A DNA stretch of 56,049 bases, from the IMG/VR virus record IMGVR_UViG_3300048121_000547, positions 1 through 56,049 of that record. One strand, written 5' to 3'. Both the position numbers and the translations under genes were made by a program. Below, one piece after another: positions 19,066 to 29,561 of this stretch. Within the stretch, counting starts at the first letter, position 1. Each line of letters starts with the position of its first letter. The notes below the pieces were generated by a model that was not told where the DNA came from, searched no databases, and saw only the letters and a list, made by a program, of their open reading frames with translations. This DNA is from a virus. Its lineage: Duplodnaviria > Caudoviricetes.

Positions 19066-22000
19066 TGAACAAAGGCTTCAAATCATTACCTGAAAACGTT
19101 CAGCGGAAGATCGACCCTGAAATGGCTAAAAAATATATGGGCGGTGGTGCCGTTATGGACCGACCTTTATTCCGTCAGGCAGGAGGGCCCGCGGCCCGCA
19201 GTCCTGAAGAGATGGCGGCTATGGGGCAGCAATACTTGATGCAGCCCCCAGCGGCTGCGCCACAAGGCGAAGCGGATGCTATGGCAATGCTTCAACAGGG
19301 CGAAGCGGCTGGAATGCAGCAAGGTCAGCAAATAGGTGAAATGTACGGCGAAGCCACTATGGCAAGCTTAGACGCCGCTGAGGACCCGAAAAGCTTGATT
19401 GACGCAATCCGGGGAAACGCCGCTCCCCTTGAAGCGCGGTACACGGAACTTGCGGGTTTAGTTGGGGAAGAAGACGCCCAGCAAACTCCTGAAAGTGTGC
19501 TAGCTTTGGTTCAACCCACCATAATGATGACCGAAGAGGGCGCTATAGACAGCGGTATCGGGGAGCTTATGCAGGGTCTGATGGGCGAAGCGGAAATGAC
19601 CGAAGGCAGCGGCATGGATCAAGGGGTTGGCGAACTCATGGCAATGGGGGCGGGCAACACACCACCCGCAAATTTTAATCAGGGTGGGCCCGTAGAGGTC
19701 CGTAAGTTTGCTCCCGGGGGCTCTGTAATATCTGAAGCTCAAAGGATGGCCCCTGATTTTCAGAAATACTTTGAAGGCGCGTTTGACCAACAAGCGCGGG
19801 CCGCGGCACTTCAAGAGCAGCGAGAGATGTCTCAAGCGCAGATGCTGTTTGACATTGCAGGCACCGCTTTGAATTTTGCGGGTAATACGCAGGGTCGATC
19901 TATTGCGGAACGCTTGGCTAATGCGTCGGCTCAAACACAATTGACGGACAAGATCGGAACGCGGGCCGCGGGCATGTTGAGTGCTAAACAAGCGCAGGCT
20001 GCGGAAGATCGTCAGATGCGGATGGCTGGCTTGCAAGCAAGCTTGGGTCAGGCTCAGACTAACAAAGCTGCGGCGGATGCTTTAGAGTTAGCGACAGCTA
20101 AAAAGGCCGCGGGTAAGGAAGCGACCGTTAACGGCGTTCCACTTTCAATTTACAACGAGTTACCTAAAAACGAACAACGCATTATATTAGGCGTTGAAGA
20201 TAAAGCGCCCGCAACCATTAAGGGTGTGCCTTTTGAATTCTTTAACAAAATGAGTGAAGCAGACCAATCAAGGCTTATATTGGGAGACCCACAGGGCGTT
20301 AACGGCGTTCCAAGGGATATTTTTGACAAACTTGGAGGAGCGGCCCAAAAAGCCATTCTTGGAACTACAGAAGGGGATGTTAAAGGCATTCCCGCAAAAG
20401 TGTTTGAAACCTTATCTGACGAGGATAAAAAACGCGTTCTTCTTGGAGACCCTCAAGGTGTTAACGGCATTCCGATGTCCATATATGAAGGCTTGACAAA
20501 CGAGGATAAAAAAGCGGTTCTTGGTGTTGCAAAGTCCGTAAAGGGCATCCCGATGTCTGTATTTGAAGGCTTGACAAACGAGGATAAACAACGCGTTCTT
20601 CTTGGAGACCCTCAAGGTGTTAACGGCGTTCCGAGAGACATTTTTGAGACGTTGTCACAAGTTGCAAAGAACAAAGTCTTAGGAACTGGTGACGATCCTA
20701 TTAAAGGTCTTCCAAGAGACATTTTTGACACATTAAGTAAAGACGATCAGAACCGCTTTATTTTAGGAGACCCTCAAGGGGTTAAAGGCATTCCGCGGGA
20801 TATTTTTGATAAATTACCAAAAGACGCTCAAGCTCTTATCGTTGATCCGGCGGCTCAATCGGCACTCGAAGTTCAGGTTCAGAAAGATAAAGAACAACGC
20901 GCTATTGAACAAGAGGCCATTATCTACGGTAGAAATCGCGCCGACGAATTGGCCGACATTGCGGCCGCAACGGAACGGGAAATTGAAGCGGAAGAACGTC
21001 GGCAAGGGCGCACGTTGAGTCAAGAAGAACGCGATCAAATTACTTGGCAAGCTAGGTTCGACATAACCAGCAAAAACGATCGTGATAGGTTAGTCTTTGC
21101 GCAAGGTCTTCAAGATGAAAGTCAGATTTCGGAAGAAGAACGCCGCGCGATTGCGGAACAAAACAGGTTTGATCGAGACCAAGCCGCACTCAAGGCGCAA
21201 GAATTACGCGCTGTTGCTAACCGAGACACCATTGAGTTGCGTGAAATAAACGGTGAGCTTGTTCGAGTTGACACGCTCACCGGAGAGACTGAAGTTATCT
21301 TCGGCGATCCGACTGTTCCAGACCCGTCTATGGCGCAGGTTACTCTTCCAAACGCCGACGGCGTCCCTGTAACGACCGTGATCGACATTACAAGCCCGCA
21401 GGGCAAGGCTTTGATAGAGCAAGTTAACACTGCAAATGCCGCGGCTCCCGGCTCTGCCTCGTATCAAAAAGTTCCAACAGCAAGCACCACGGTCCGCGGC
21501 TTTCTTGTTCCGGGTGAGGGCGTATTTACTTCTTACGACGGCAGAACATACGTTGATGAAGATGGTAACGCTAAACCGCTTCCGGGTGGTGCATTTGAAG
21601 TGTCCAGCACGATTGCTTACGAGGTTGCTAAAAACGAGAAGATGGCGGCGGGCGCACAAGCTCAATTGGACGCTTTGGACGCAGAGCTTCTTAAAGGTAT
21701 GACCAAAATAGATGGTTCGCCCCTTTCCAGAGCGGACATGGCCGAAGTTAAAGACGCATTTGCTGCGGCTCGTAAAGGTACAGGGTTCTGGTCAAAAGTA
21801 TATGCCGGAATTGATGCTGTTGCTGGGGGCTTGGCTCCGGAAGCCTTTGGCGAACTGTTTAAGGACACTACGGATGCTCGTCAGTTTGTCAAAATGATTC
21901 GCGTTATGGGTCGTTCTGCTCTTGCTTCCTCTCCGAGATTTGCGGTTGCAGACTTACAAACAACTGAGCAGTTGTTTCCAAATGAGCAAGCTTTGTTGGC

Positions 22001-22253
22001 GAGCCCTAAAACGGAAGCTCGGAAGCTTAACGACATTGTGGGCTATCTGGCAGAAGAAAAGACTCGGATTCTAGAAATGTTTGCAGGCGGGACGCCTATG
22101 GACAGAACGATGAAGTCTACTCTTAATCAGAAGTTGTTTGAAATTGATCGCCTTGAAAGTATTCTGGGTCCAATTACACTGCTTGGTGAGGCCAGTATAA
22201 ACCAAGAAGCGATTGACGCTGCGAAAGCTTCGATGCGTAAGAAAAAAGGGTAG
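19065..22253 (+). CDS. Large internal virion protein with internal repeats
   Basis: 1062 aa; nine ~25-aa repeats and a coiled-coil region. Confidence 0.7.
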   Translation: MNKGFKSLPENVQRKIDPEMAKKYMGGGAVMDRPLFRQAGGPAARSPEEMAAMGQQYLMQPPAAAPQGEADAMAMLQQGEAAGMQQGQQIGEMYGEATMASLDAAEDPKSLIDAIRGNAAPLEARYTELAGLVGEEDAQQTPESVLALVQPTIMMTEEGAIDSGIGELMQGLMGEAEMTEGSGMDQGVGELMAMGAGNTPPANFNQGGPVEVRKFAPGGSVISEAQRMAPDFQKYFEGAFDQQARAAALQEQREMSQAQMLFDIAGTALNFAGNTQGRSIAERLANASAQTQLTDKIGTRAAGMLSAKQAQAAEDRQMRMAGLQASLGQAQTNKAAADALELATAKKAAGKEATVNGVPLSIYNELPKNEQRIILGVEDKAPATIKGVPFEFFNKMSEADQSRLILGDPQGVNGVPRDIFDKLGGAAQKAILGTTEGDVKGIPAKVFETLSDEDKKRVLLGDPQGVNGIPMSIYEGLTNEDKKAVLGVAKSVKGIPMSVFEGLTNEDKQRVLLGDPQGVNGVPRDIFETLSQVAKNKVLGTGDDPIKGLPRDIFDTLSKDDQNRFILGDPQGVKGIPRDIFDKLPKDAQALIVDPAAQSALEVQVQKDKEQRAIEQEAIIYGRNRADELADIAAATEREIEAEERRQGRTLSQEERDQITWQARFDITSKNDRDRLVFAQGLQDESQISEEERRAIAEQNRFDRDQAALKAQELRAVANRDTIELREINGELVRVDTLTGETEVIFGDPTVPDPSMAQVTLPNADGVPVTTVIDITSPQGKALIEQVNTANAAAPGSASYQKVPTASTTVRGFLVPGEGVFTSYDGRTYVDEDGNAKPLPGGAFEVSSTIAYEVAKNEKMAAGAQAQLDALDAELLKGMTKIDGSPLSRADMAEVKDAFAAARKGTGFWSKVYAGIDAVAGGLAPEAFGELFKDTTDARQFVKMIRVMGRSALASSPRFAVADLQTTEQLFPNEQALLASPKTEARKLNDIVGYLAEEKTRILEMFAGGTPMDRTMKSTLNQKLFEIDRLESILGPITLLGEASINQEAIDAAKASMRKKKG
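20128..20845 (+). repeat. Nine imperfect coding tandem repeats
   Basis: (V/I)(N/K)G(V/I/L)PxxxF/YxxLxxxxxxxxLG[DPQG]; near-identical DNA at 20421-20468 and 20580-20627. Confidence 0.85.
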
Positions 22254-22259
22254 ATTAAC

Positions 22260-25200
22260 ATGGCAGACACTTTCCCTGTTCCCGTTGTTGAACCAGCCGG
22301 TGAACCCGTTGCTCCGTCGCTTCCTTTTTTAACGTATGACAAAGATGAGTTTGAAACGGATGTAGGTCTTTTTGGCGGAAACACCTCCGCCTTTACTTCT
22401 AGCATGGTCGAGGTTTTAGCCGAGGATTTTCCAGAGCAGCCTGACTACATGACTTACAGTGGTTTAAGAGACGGGACTGCACCGATCTTAGACACCATTC
22501 CAGAGTTGGCGGGTTTATCTCCAGCCGAACGCAGGTTGTCGGACAACGATATTATTGAGTTCTTTGCAAGAGATTTAGAGGGTGAGCCCATTCAAGCGGG
22601 TACTTTTCTTGGCGGAGCAAAACGTGAGATTATTCCTGCGGCAGCGTCTGTTCCAACCTTTATGGGCGGTTTTGCTTTAGGACAAACTGCGGTTGCGGGT
22701 GTTCCTCCTGTCGGACCTGCCGCGGTCCTGAGATTTGGGCTTCCGTTTGTAACAGGAACGGTTGGCGCGGGGCTTGGCTACTTTGTCGGAGAGCAAGTAA
22801 ACGATGCGATCCAAGGTGAAGAATCTCCAATCCTGCCGGGAACGGCAGCGGCTTACGAGGCGGGAAAGACTGCGGCTGGAGCTTTTGCATGGCTTCCGAT
22901 GCCGTACATGGTTCCGAAACAAATCAACTTTGGTGTGGAGTTAGCGGAAAACCTTGTAAAAGAAGGTAAGAAAATACCTTTAAGCCTCAAAGTAGCTAGA
23001 GGGCTAGAAAACACCGTAGGCACTATGGGCGCTCAAGCTCAAGCTAACAAGCTAAGGTTTGCCGCCGCTGAAACGGTGGCCGCAGCCGGGTCAACGGGCG
23101 GCGCTTATGCTGTAGAAAGTTCAGATTTAGAGGGAAGCACCCCCGCTAGAATAACTGGAGAATTAGCTGGCGGTGTAAGCGCCCTACTTCTTGGAAACCT
23201 TATTGCTAAGAGACTTCCAACAACGTTCGGGGCTTTAAAGTCCGGGTATGGGGCCGTTAAAGAAGGTCGTGTTCAAGAAGGCGCATATAATCTCGCCGTT
23301 GCTTTTAAAGGCAAACGAGAAACACAAGTTACAAACTACATCTTAGACCTTTTAGAAGAAAGCGGCGAAGATACGGAGGCCGTGATTGCTGCACTAAGCT
23401 CTAAAGAGTTTGAATCTTTGTTGATGGACGAGTCCGGCAAGCCTATTGCGCTTACTGCGGCTCTTAAATCAGGCTCACCAACGCTTGCAGCTTTAGAAAA
23501 ATCTTTGGAGCAGATGGCTGTTGGTCTCTCCAAGGAGCGTAGCTCTGCCAATGTGCAGGCGGACCGCGCACTGCGGAACACGATTGTTGCGTTGTACGGA
23601 ACAGGGGACAAAACCGCAATTCAAGAAGGCGCACTTTTGGCTCAAGCGGTTTTCGACGCGGACTTAGAAAATAATCTTCTCGGCGCAATGAACGAGGTAT
23701 TAACCGCTTTTGATAAGGTTGCGGGCAAGCGAGGACCAGATTGGGCCGCGGAGAGACAGGCAACACTTGGTCAAAAGTTATATGCAGTTATTGATGAACG
23801 CTTTAAAGCAGGTCGCGCTCAAGAAAGAACGCTTTGGAGAAATACGGGACCAAACCTAACTCTCACTGAGTTTGTTGACGCGGATGGTAATGCCACGAAT
23901 GTCCCTAACTTCATGTCATACTGGCAAGATACATTACCGGAAACGGTTGAAGCTGCCGATGAGGTCAAAAAACCACTTAATGCAATAAACGCTTTTGTTA
24001 CTCGAAAAAGAAACGAGTTGTTTCCAGAAGAAGGCGTGGCTGCGGAGGTTGCAGCTAGTCCAAGGTTAACGCAAGCACGAGAGCGGCTTGAGGATTCCTT
24101 AGACGCCATTAGTGGAGTGACGTACAACGTTGACCGTTTTAATTCAATAAGAGACCAAGCTAGTCAGATCGCAGACATAGACGAGCGCGTTACCTTTCTA
24201 CGTCAAAGGGCTAGTATAGTTCGCAGAGAAGCGGCTGACGCAGAAGATAAGCTTATAGAAAGACGCACGGCTAAAGCAATTGATGAGCTCGCCGATGTTG
24301 AGCGTTTGACGGCACGAGATACGGCCCGAGAGGGTGCGTTGGCGGCTACTGACGAGGCTACTGACGGCGCTGTTTCTATTCGAGAGCTTACAGAGATGAG
24401 AACTACTGCTTTGAGCAAAGCTCGTATGCTTGCCGCAGCGGGAGATAGTTCGGGTGCGCGAATTGCTTACGGCTTTGCTGAAGCTTTGATGCGCGATTTA
24501 GAAAGCTTCCCACAGGGTGTTGATCCCGCCTATGATACGGCCCGAGCCTATTCTCGCGCGTTTAACGACGCATACACTCGCACATTTGCCGGAGACATTC
24601 TTGGAGTGAGCAAAACGGGCGCGCCGAAAGTTGCCCCAGAGCAAATTGCAAACGACATCTTTAATGCTGACGCAGGGTACTTGCGGTCTTTACAGTTAGA
24701 TGGAATTGGCAAGTTTGAACTTACGCAAAGCTTGACAAACCTTGCCGGAAACGCACAGGGCGAGCTAAAGCCGCTTCTTGATGATATGATGTCTACAGTC
24801 ATTAACAAAGATAATGACATGATAGATACTCAGAAACTAACTAACTGGGTTTCGGAAAATGCGGATGCTTTGGCTCAGTTTCCACAGGCCCGAGATAACG
24901 TTCTACAAGCTGTTAACACAACGACCACGGTCCGCGGGACTACGGAAGCTATTCTTAGAAACATCAGAGCGTCGGACAGGATGTTTGATGCTGAAACAGG
25001 CGTTCTTAACGTCAATTCTCTAAAAGCTTGGATGGCGAAGCCGGAAAACGTCGATGTCTTAAACGCTATGCCTGCTCTAAAAGCGGACTTAGAGAACAGC
25101 ATTACAGCAAACCTTCTTTTGAAAGAAGGAACCGCGGCAAACAAAGAAGCTCAGAAAGAGCTTAACGGTCAAATCTCGTTTATGGATTTACTTCCAAATA

Positions 25201-26291
25201 CGACAGAAAACCCTGCCACCGCCTTTGCTCGCGCGTTTAACAAAAACAACAAAAGCCCGATTAAAAGCTTAAACAATCTCTGGGAGGTTGTTCAGAAAGC
25301 TCCAGAATCTTGGACGGACGCCACAGGCGTGACCCGCACAAAAGAAGAGGCTTTGGAAGGCTTCAGAAGCTCTTTGATAGAATCCCTGTACACAAGAAAC
25401 GGTCAGACCAGTAATTCGTTTAGCCCAAAAGGGTTGTACGAGGCTATCTTTCTTCCGCACCCCAACTCTCCGAGTAAAATAACTTTGGCAGAATGGCTTG
25501 TTGAAAAAGAAGTTATGCCAAAAGTAGAAGTTGATCGGCTCAAAAAGATCACCAGTGAAATGGTTAAAATGGAATCGTTCACCATGAAAGATGGTGTCGA
25601 TCTTGGGGATTTAGCCGAAACCGTAGGTCCTATGATGGACTTTTATTTGCGCATTGTCGGTTCATCGATTGGTACTAGAGCGCAAAGCCTTATACCCGGG
25701 GATTCCGCAGGCGGCTCCCTTGTCGCGGCCAGCGCAGGTTCAAAAGCCTTTCGGACAGCATACTCAAAAGTCTTTTCAAACATACCAGAGTCCATGAAAA
25801 TGGATGTTATGACTCAAATGATGCGAGACCCGGATTTATTGTCTGTGATGCTTAAAAAGGGTCGCACAGAAAGAGAGAAAAGTGCCATTGGTGGCAGACT
25901 GACCGAACTTCTGATAGAGAAGGGCCTTATTCCCGCAGGCCAAGGCGCGGCAAACGTTGGTCGTCGCGCTGTTCCATCGGTTACGCGAGAAGGTGTATTT
26001 GAAGATACTGAAGGTCAAACACCGCCTCAGTCTACACCTTTCTTTATTCAAAATGTTTTACCCTCTAACGACCAACAAGGCGCGGTAGCTCCCGCTCCGC
26101 GGCCCCCGGTCCAGAGACCTTCGCCTGTAGGACCTCCCACCACTCAGGCGTCGGCCGTACCTAGTCCTGCTCCAGACCCCGTGCCTGTTAATACGGGCCC
26201 GGTTGATAGGACTAGGTACGCTGCCCTGTTCCCTAACGACATGGCTTCTGGTATGATTAGACAATCTCAAGGAATAGGAAGTTTGATATGA
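22260..26291 (+). CDS. Very large internal virion (ejection) protein
   Basis: 1343 aa, Ala-rich and helical, N-terminal hydrophobic segments, Pro-rich tail. Confidence 0.7.
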   Translation: MADTFPVPVVEPAGEPVAPSLPFLTYDKDEFETDVGLFGGNTSAFTSSMVEVLAEDFPEQPDYMTYSGLRDGTAPILDTIPELAGLSPAERRLSDNDIIEFFARDLEGEPIQAGTFLGGAKREIIPAAASVPTFMGGFALGQTAVAGVPPVGPAAVLRFGLPFVTGTVGAGLGYFVGEQVNDAIQGEESPILPGTAAAYEAGKTAAGAFAWLPMPYMVPKQINFGVELAENLVKEGKKIPLSLKVARGLENTVGTMGAQAQANKLRFAAAETVAAAGSTGGAYAVESSDLEGSTPARITGELAGGVSALLLGNLIAKRLPTTFGALKSGYGAVKEGRVQEGAYNLAVAFKGKRETQVTNYILDLLEESGEDTEAVIAALSSKEFESLLMDESGKPIALTAALKSGSPTLAALEKSLEQMAVGLSKERSSANVQADRALRNTIVALYGTGDKTAIQEGALLAQAVFDADLENNLLGAMNEVLTAFDKVAGKRGPDWAAERQATLGQKLYAVIDERFKAGRAQERTLWRNTGPNLTLTEFVDADGNATNVPNFMSYWQDTLPETVEAADEVKKPLNAINAFVTRKRNELFPEEGVAAEVAASPRLTQARERLEDSLDAISGVTYNVDRFNSIRDQASQIADIDERVTFLRQRASIVRREAADAEDKLIERRTAKAIDELADVERLTARDTAREGALAATDEATDGAVSIRELTEMRTTALSKARMLAAAGDSSGARIAYGFAEALMRDLESFPQGVDPAYDTARAYSRAFNDAYTRTFAGDILGVSKTGAPKVAPEQIANDIFNADAGYLRSLQLDGIGKFELTQSLTNLAGNAQGELKPLLDDMMSTVINKDNDMIDTQKLTNWVSENADALAQFPQARDNVLQAVNTTTTVRGTTEAILRNIRASDRMFDAETGVLNVNSLKAWMAKPENVDVLNAMPALKADLENSITANLLLKEGTAANKEAQKELNGQISFMDLLPNTTENPATAFARAFNKNNKSPIKSLNNLWEVVQKAPESWTDATGVTRTKEEALEGFRSSLIESLYTRNGQTSNSFSPKGLYEAIFLPHPNSPSKITLAEWLVEKEVMPKVEVDRLKKITSEMVKMESFTMKDGVDLGDLAETVGPMMDFYLRIVGSSIGTRAQSLIPGDSAGGSLVAASAGSKAFRTAYSKVFSNIPESMKMDVMTQMMRDPDLLSVMLKKGRTEREKSAIGGRLTELLIEKGLIPAGQGAANVGRRAVPSVTREGVFEDTEGQTPPQSTPFFIQNVLPSNDQQGAVAPAPRPPVQRPSPVGPPTTQASAVPSPAPDPVPVNTGPVDRTRYAALFPNDMASGMIRQSQGIGSLI

Positions 26292-28267
26292 GGAGAGATA
26301 ACATGCCCAAGCAAGTCATGGCCTACGGAAATGGCGGCGGAATCTCTTCTTTGGCTTCTGTGCCGATGGAAACGACTTTGGCGGGCCAGCCTCACCGATT
26401 AGCGTATGTAAACCCTCAAGAAGAACAGATGATGCTTGCCGCGGGCGGGGCGGGTCTCCCCGGTCCCGGCGGTATTCCGGCTTACTGGAATTTGTTTGAG
26501 CCGTCCACTTGGGGCGACGGCAACGGCTTTGAAGGTTTTACGTCTAGTTCGAGTTCTTCGACTCCATCTAATGACGGTGGCAGTAGCAATAACGACTCAA
26601 CTCCAACTTTTAAAAGTTTGTCGGAAGCGTCTAAGGCGGGTTACCACGGAAAGGCCGTCAACATTGAGGGTAAGGGCCTTCAGAAAGTAGAGTTTGCAGA
26701 CGATAGCTACAACATTCAAATGTCAAATGCTTCGGCGGCAGCTTCTTCAAGCAACGACAGCCCCGGCATAATAGACAGCATCTTGATGGGCATAGGGGCT
26801 AAAGACAAAACGCCGGGATACAATGCTGCGACTGCCGCAGGTATAGCGGCACGAAAAGCCGCAGAAGATGCTGCTAGATTAAACCCAACCGCAGGAGATG
26901 ACGACAATGTTCCGGTTGTCAGTGGCGGCGGTGGCGGCGGTGGCGGTGGCGGTGCAACACCCGTTGTGGTTGAAGAAACCGTCACTCCTTTTACAGGATT
27001 AACAGACACTCAACTAGGAGCTCAGTCTGAGTACCTAAGCAATGTTGCAACTTATCTCGGTCAGTTTGACCAAAATCAATTAAGCGATGTAGGTCAGAGA
27101 CGTTCTATATACGGTTCAAACGAATTTAAGCCAACGACAGAGGAGTTTATAGCCATAACGGGGGCCGATGAAGAGCTTGCCCAAACGCTTATTAGATCCA
27201 TACCTAAAAATGATTTGCGGGATTGGTCTAAGATCATGGCGTCTGACAATCCTTTAGAGGCTGCACAAGCCGCGACGGCGGCATATTATATGACTCCCGG
27301 TCTATATGGGGGAGGCCAAACCATTCATACGGGTCAAATGGTTGACGCAGTAGATAATCTAATCGCTGAAACAGATCAGCTATATGCTTATTCAAAAGGT
27401 TATTCCCCCTTTAGGGAGCGTTATGGCGTTGGAAATGTAAAAATCGGCATTAAAACACCTGACGGCGTGCAACTTACTGAACTAGGACCTTTGAGCTCTC
27501 CCACGTTTGGAGAAAACCTAGCTAGATATGGGTACGGGTCGGAGGACCTCGCGGAATTAATACCTGCGATACAACAATACTATACAGATAACTTTGACTT
27601 TAATCCAAGTTATTACAATAATTTAACAAAAGTTTCGGATGGTCGTTACGTCGGCAATGGTCGAAATGTTATGTTCGGTGGGGGTGATGCTCAAACGAAT
27701 GAGCTTAGTCAACTATTGGGTCAAGACGTTGTAGTGCAACAACCGAACGGAACTTATTCAGTTATGGATACATTCGGGTTAGGTCAAGGCGCAATATCGG
27801 GCGAAAATATCGACCCTTTTGGATATATTTCTAATCTTCAATCTTATGAAAACCCGTATACCACATCTGCTTTAGACGTAGGTCAGGGTTACTTGTTTCA
27901 AAACACTCCCGGGTTCTATGGTCAGTCGGCTTTGAACATTATCGATGAAGACCTTTACAACGACAACCAAGCCGCTGCGGCAGCAACTGCCGCGGCTAAA
28001 GCTCAAGCCGATGCGATAGCTCAAGCACAAGCCGCGGGTATAAGCTCCGGAACGCCCACTGTAGGCTCTCAACAAAGCACAGGTGTGCAAAGCACGGGTT
28101 TGCAAAACTACAGCGCATTAGTACCTGCCGCGGGGACATCAACTCAGGGTATCGCGGGACTGCCCATGACGCCTGCCACAAACAATCCGTATGTCTTTAC
28201 TTCGTATAACCCCGGAACCTACAACCCCGTTGTTGGTGGCGGATTAATGCTGCCGCCTCTCGCTTAA
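26288..28267 (+). CDS. Internal virion protein, low complexity
   Basis: 659 aa; GQPHRLAYVNPQE..GGAG.PGPGGIPAY N-terminal domain; poly-Ser and poly-Gly tracts. Confidence 0.65.
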   Translation: MRRDNMPKQVMAYGNGGGISSLASVPMETTLAGQPHRLAYVNPQEEQMMLAAGGAGLPGPGGIPAYWNLFEPSTWGDGNGFEGFTSSSSSSTPSNDGGSSNNDSTPTFKSLSEASKAGYHGKAVNIEGKGLQKVEFADDSYNIQMSNASAAASSSNDSPGIIDSILMGIGAKDKTPGYNAATAAGIAARKAAEDAARLNPTAGDDDNVPVVSGGGGGGGGGGATPVVVEETVTPFTGLTDTQLGAQSEYLSNVATYLGQFDQNQLSDVGQRRSIYGSNEFKPTTEEFIAITGADEELAQTLIRSIPKNDLRDWSKIMASDNPLEAAQAATAAYYMTPGLYGGGQTIHTGQMVDAVDNLIAETDQLYAYSKGYSPFRERYGVGNVKIGIKTPDGVQLTELGPLSSPTFGENLARYGYGSEDLAELIPAIQQYYTDNFDFNPSYYNNLTKVSDGRYVGNGRNVMFGGGDAQTNELSQLLGQDVVVQQPNGTYSVMDTFGLGQGAISGENIDPFGYISNLQSYENPYTTSALDVGQGYLFQNTPGFYGQSALNIIDEDLYNDNQAAAAATAAAKAQADAIAQAQAAGISSGTPTVGSQQSTGVQSTGLQNYSALVPAAGTSTQGIAGLPMTPATNNPYVFTSYNPGTYNPVVGGGLMLPPLA

Positions 28268-28280
28268 AGGAACACATTCT

Positions 28281-29561
28281 ATGCCCGGTATCGCTACTTT
28301 AAATGAGACCGCAAGGAACATGACTCGCAAGCCGCGGGGCATTGGCTTTTACCAACAGTATGCAATGGGTGGCGAGGTATCTGGACCTCCTCCAATGCGC
28401 GGCCCCGACCCGCAGGGGATTGCTCGGTACGCTCCCGGTGGTCCTGTGGAAAGTATTCGACCACAAGCTAGACCCGAGTCCGATCCGGAGTTTTCTGCAC
28501 CCTTGACCAGTTTACGTCCGCAACCGAGACCGGAGCCCTATTTAAATAATTTGCCAGAAGGAAAGTTTTTTGAAATAAACTCTATGGTCGATCAAAGAGA
28601 CGGCGTTGAAAAACCTGCTATTAACTTTAGAGACGGCGCAATCATGTTCTTAACAGATGTTGAGAACATGATTAGTAAAAATCAAAATGCGTCCGAACCT
28701 CTTGTCGGTAAATCAACCGCAACAGAAGTCTTGGAATTTTTACAAGAAAAAAACCCGACTAGCCAAGAGTTTTTAAACTACTTTAGTTCTGCGCGACTCG
28801 CGGAAGGCGGACCTGTTTATATGAATCAAGGCGGAGGGGTTGACGAAGTCTCGGCTCGACGCGCCTCAACAGAAGACTTAGATAACTTAGCTAAAATGGT
28901 ACGAGAGACTTACGGGTTTGACCCCGTTGCGGTAGCTTTGGAGCAGGGAGTTGATCCAGAGTTGGCTCTTCGGGTGATGTATGAGGAAAGCAAAGGTAAG
29001 CAAAGTGCGGGAAGCGAAAAAGGTGCTCGCGGTTTGATGCAATTAATGCCGGGAACTGCCAAAGAGTTGGGCGTGGACATAAACGACGCTTTGGATAATT
29101 ACACTGGTGGATTAAAATACCTTAAACAAATGACAACCAAGTTTGGTCTTGAAGTAGGTTTAGCAGCATATAATGCGGGTCCGGGTAATGTAGAAGAGTA
29201 TCAAGGCGTCCCACCGTTTAAAGAAACTCAAAACTATTTGAGGATTATTGCAGAACCTTTTACAGGAAACAGCGTAGAGGGGCTTATAAACACCGGAGCG
29301 GAAAACTTTATGATGAATCAGCCCGTGTTTAACGCCGAAGATGTAGCTAGAGGGCGCGGTGTTAGACCTATGTCACGGCCCCCTGAAATAGAGTTCTCTG
29401 CGCCTCTGACAAGCTTCCGGCCAGTAGCTAGGGATGAACCCGTTATTCCTCAGCAGCCCATAAACCGACCACTGGCGATGCCGGAGGGTCAGTCCATGAT
29501 CGAAAAGTATGGTCTTCCCGGTGACATGCCACAAGGCGGGATTATGACAGCCAGCCGCTAA
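28281..29561 (+). CDS. Virion-associated lytic transglycosylase (SLT domain)
   Basis: EES..SEKGARGLMQLMPGTA, LAAYNAGPG and ETQNY motifs. Confidence 0.9.
   Translation: MPGIATLNETARNMTRKPRGIGFYQQYAMGGEVSGPPPMRGPDPQGIARYAPGGPVESIRPQARPESDPEFSAPLTSLRPQPRPEPYLNNLPEGKFFEINSMVDQRDGVEKPAINFRDGAIMFLTDVENMISKNQNASEPLVGKSTATEVLEFLQEKNPTSQEFLNYFSSARLAEGGPVYMNQGGGVDEVSARRASTEDLDNLAKMVRETYGFDPVAVALEQGVDPELALRVMYEESKGKQSAGSEKGARGLMQLMPGTAKELGVDINDALDNYTGGLKYLKQMTTKFGLEVGLAAYNAGPGNVEEYQGVPPFKETQNYLRIIAEPFTGNSVEGLINTGAENFMMNQPVFNAEDVARGRGVRPMSRPPEIEFSAPLTSFRPVARDEPVIPQQPINRPLAMPEGQSMIEKYGLPGDMPQGGIMTASR

Noticed and set aside
26933-26953. GGC/GGT microsatellite as a phase-variation switch
   Set aside because: It is a triplet poly-Gly linker, so slippage keeps the reading frame
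494-29561. Stop-codon reassignment or programmed frameshift
   Set aside because: Genes are full length and tightly coupled under the standard code; no convincing slippery site joining ORFs was seen
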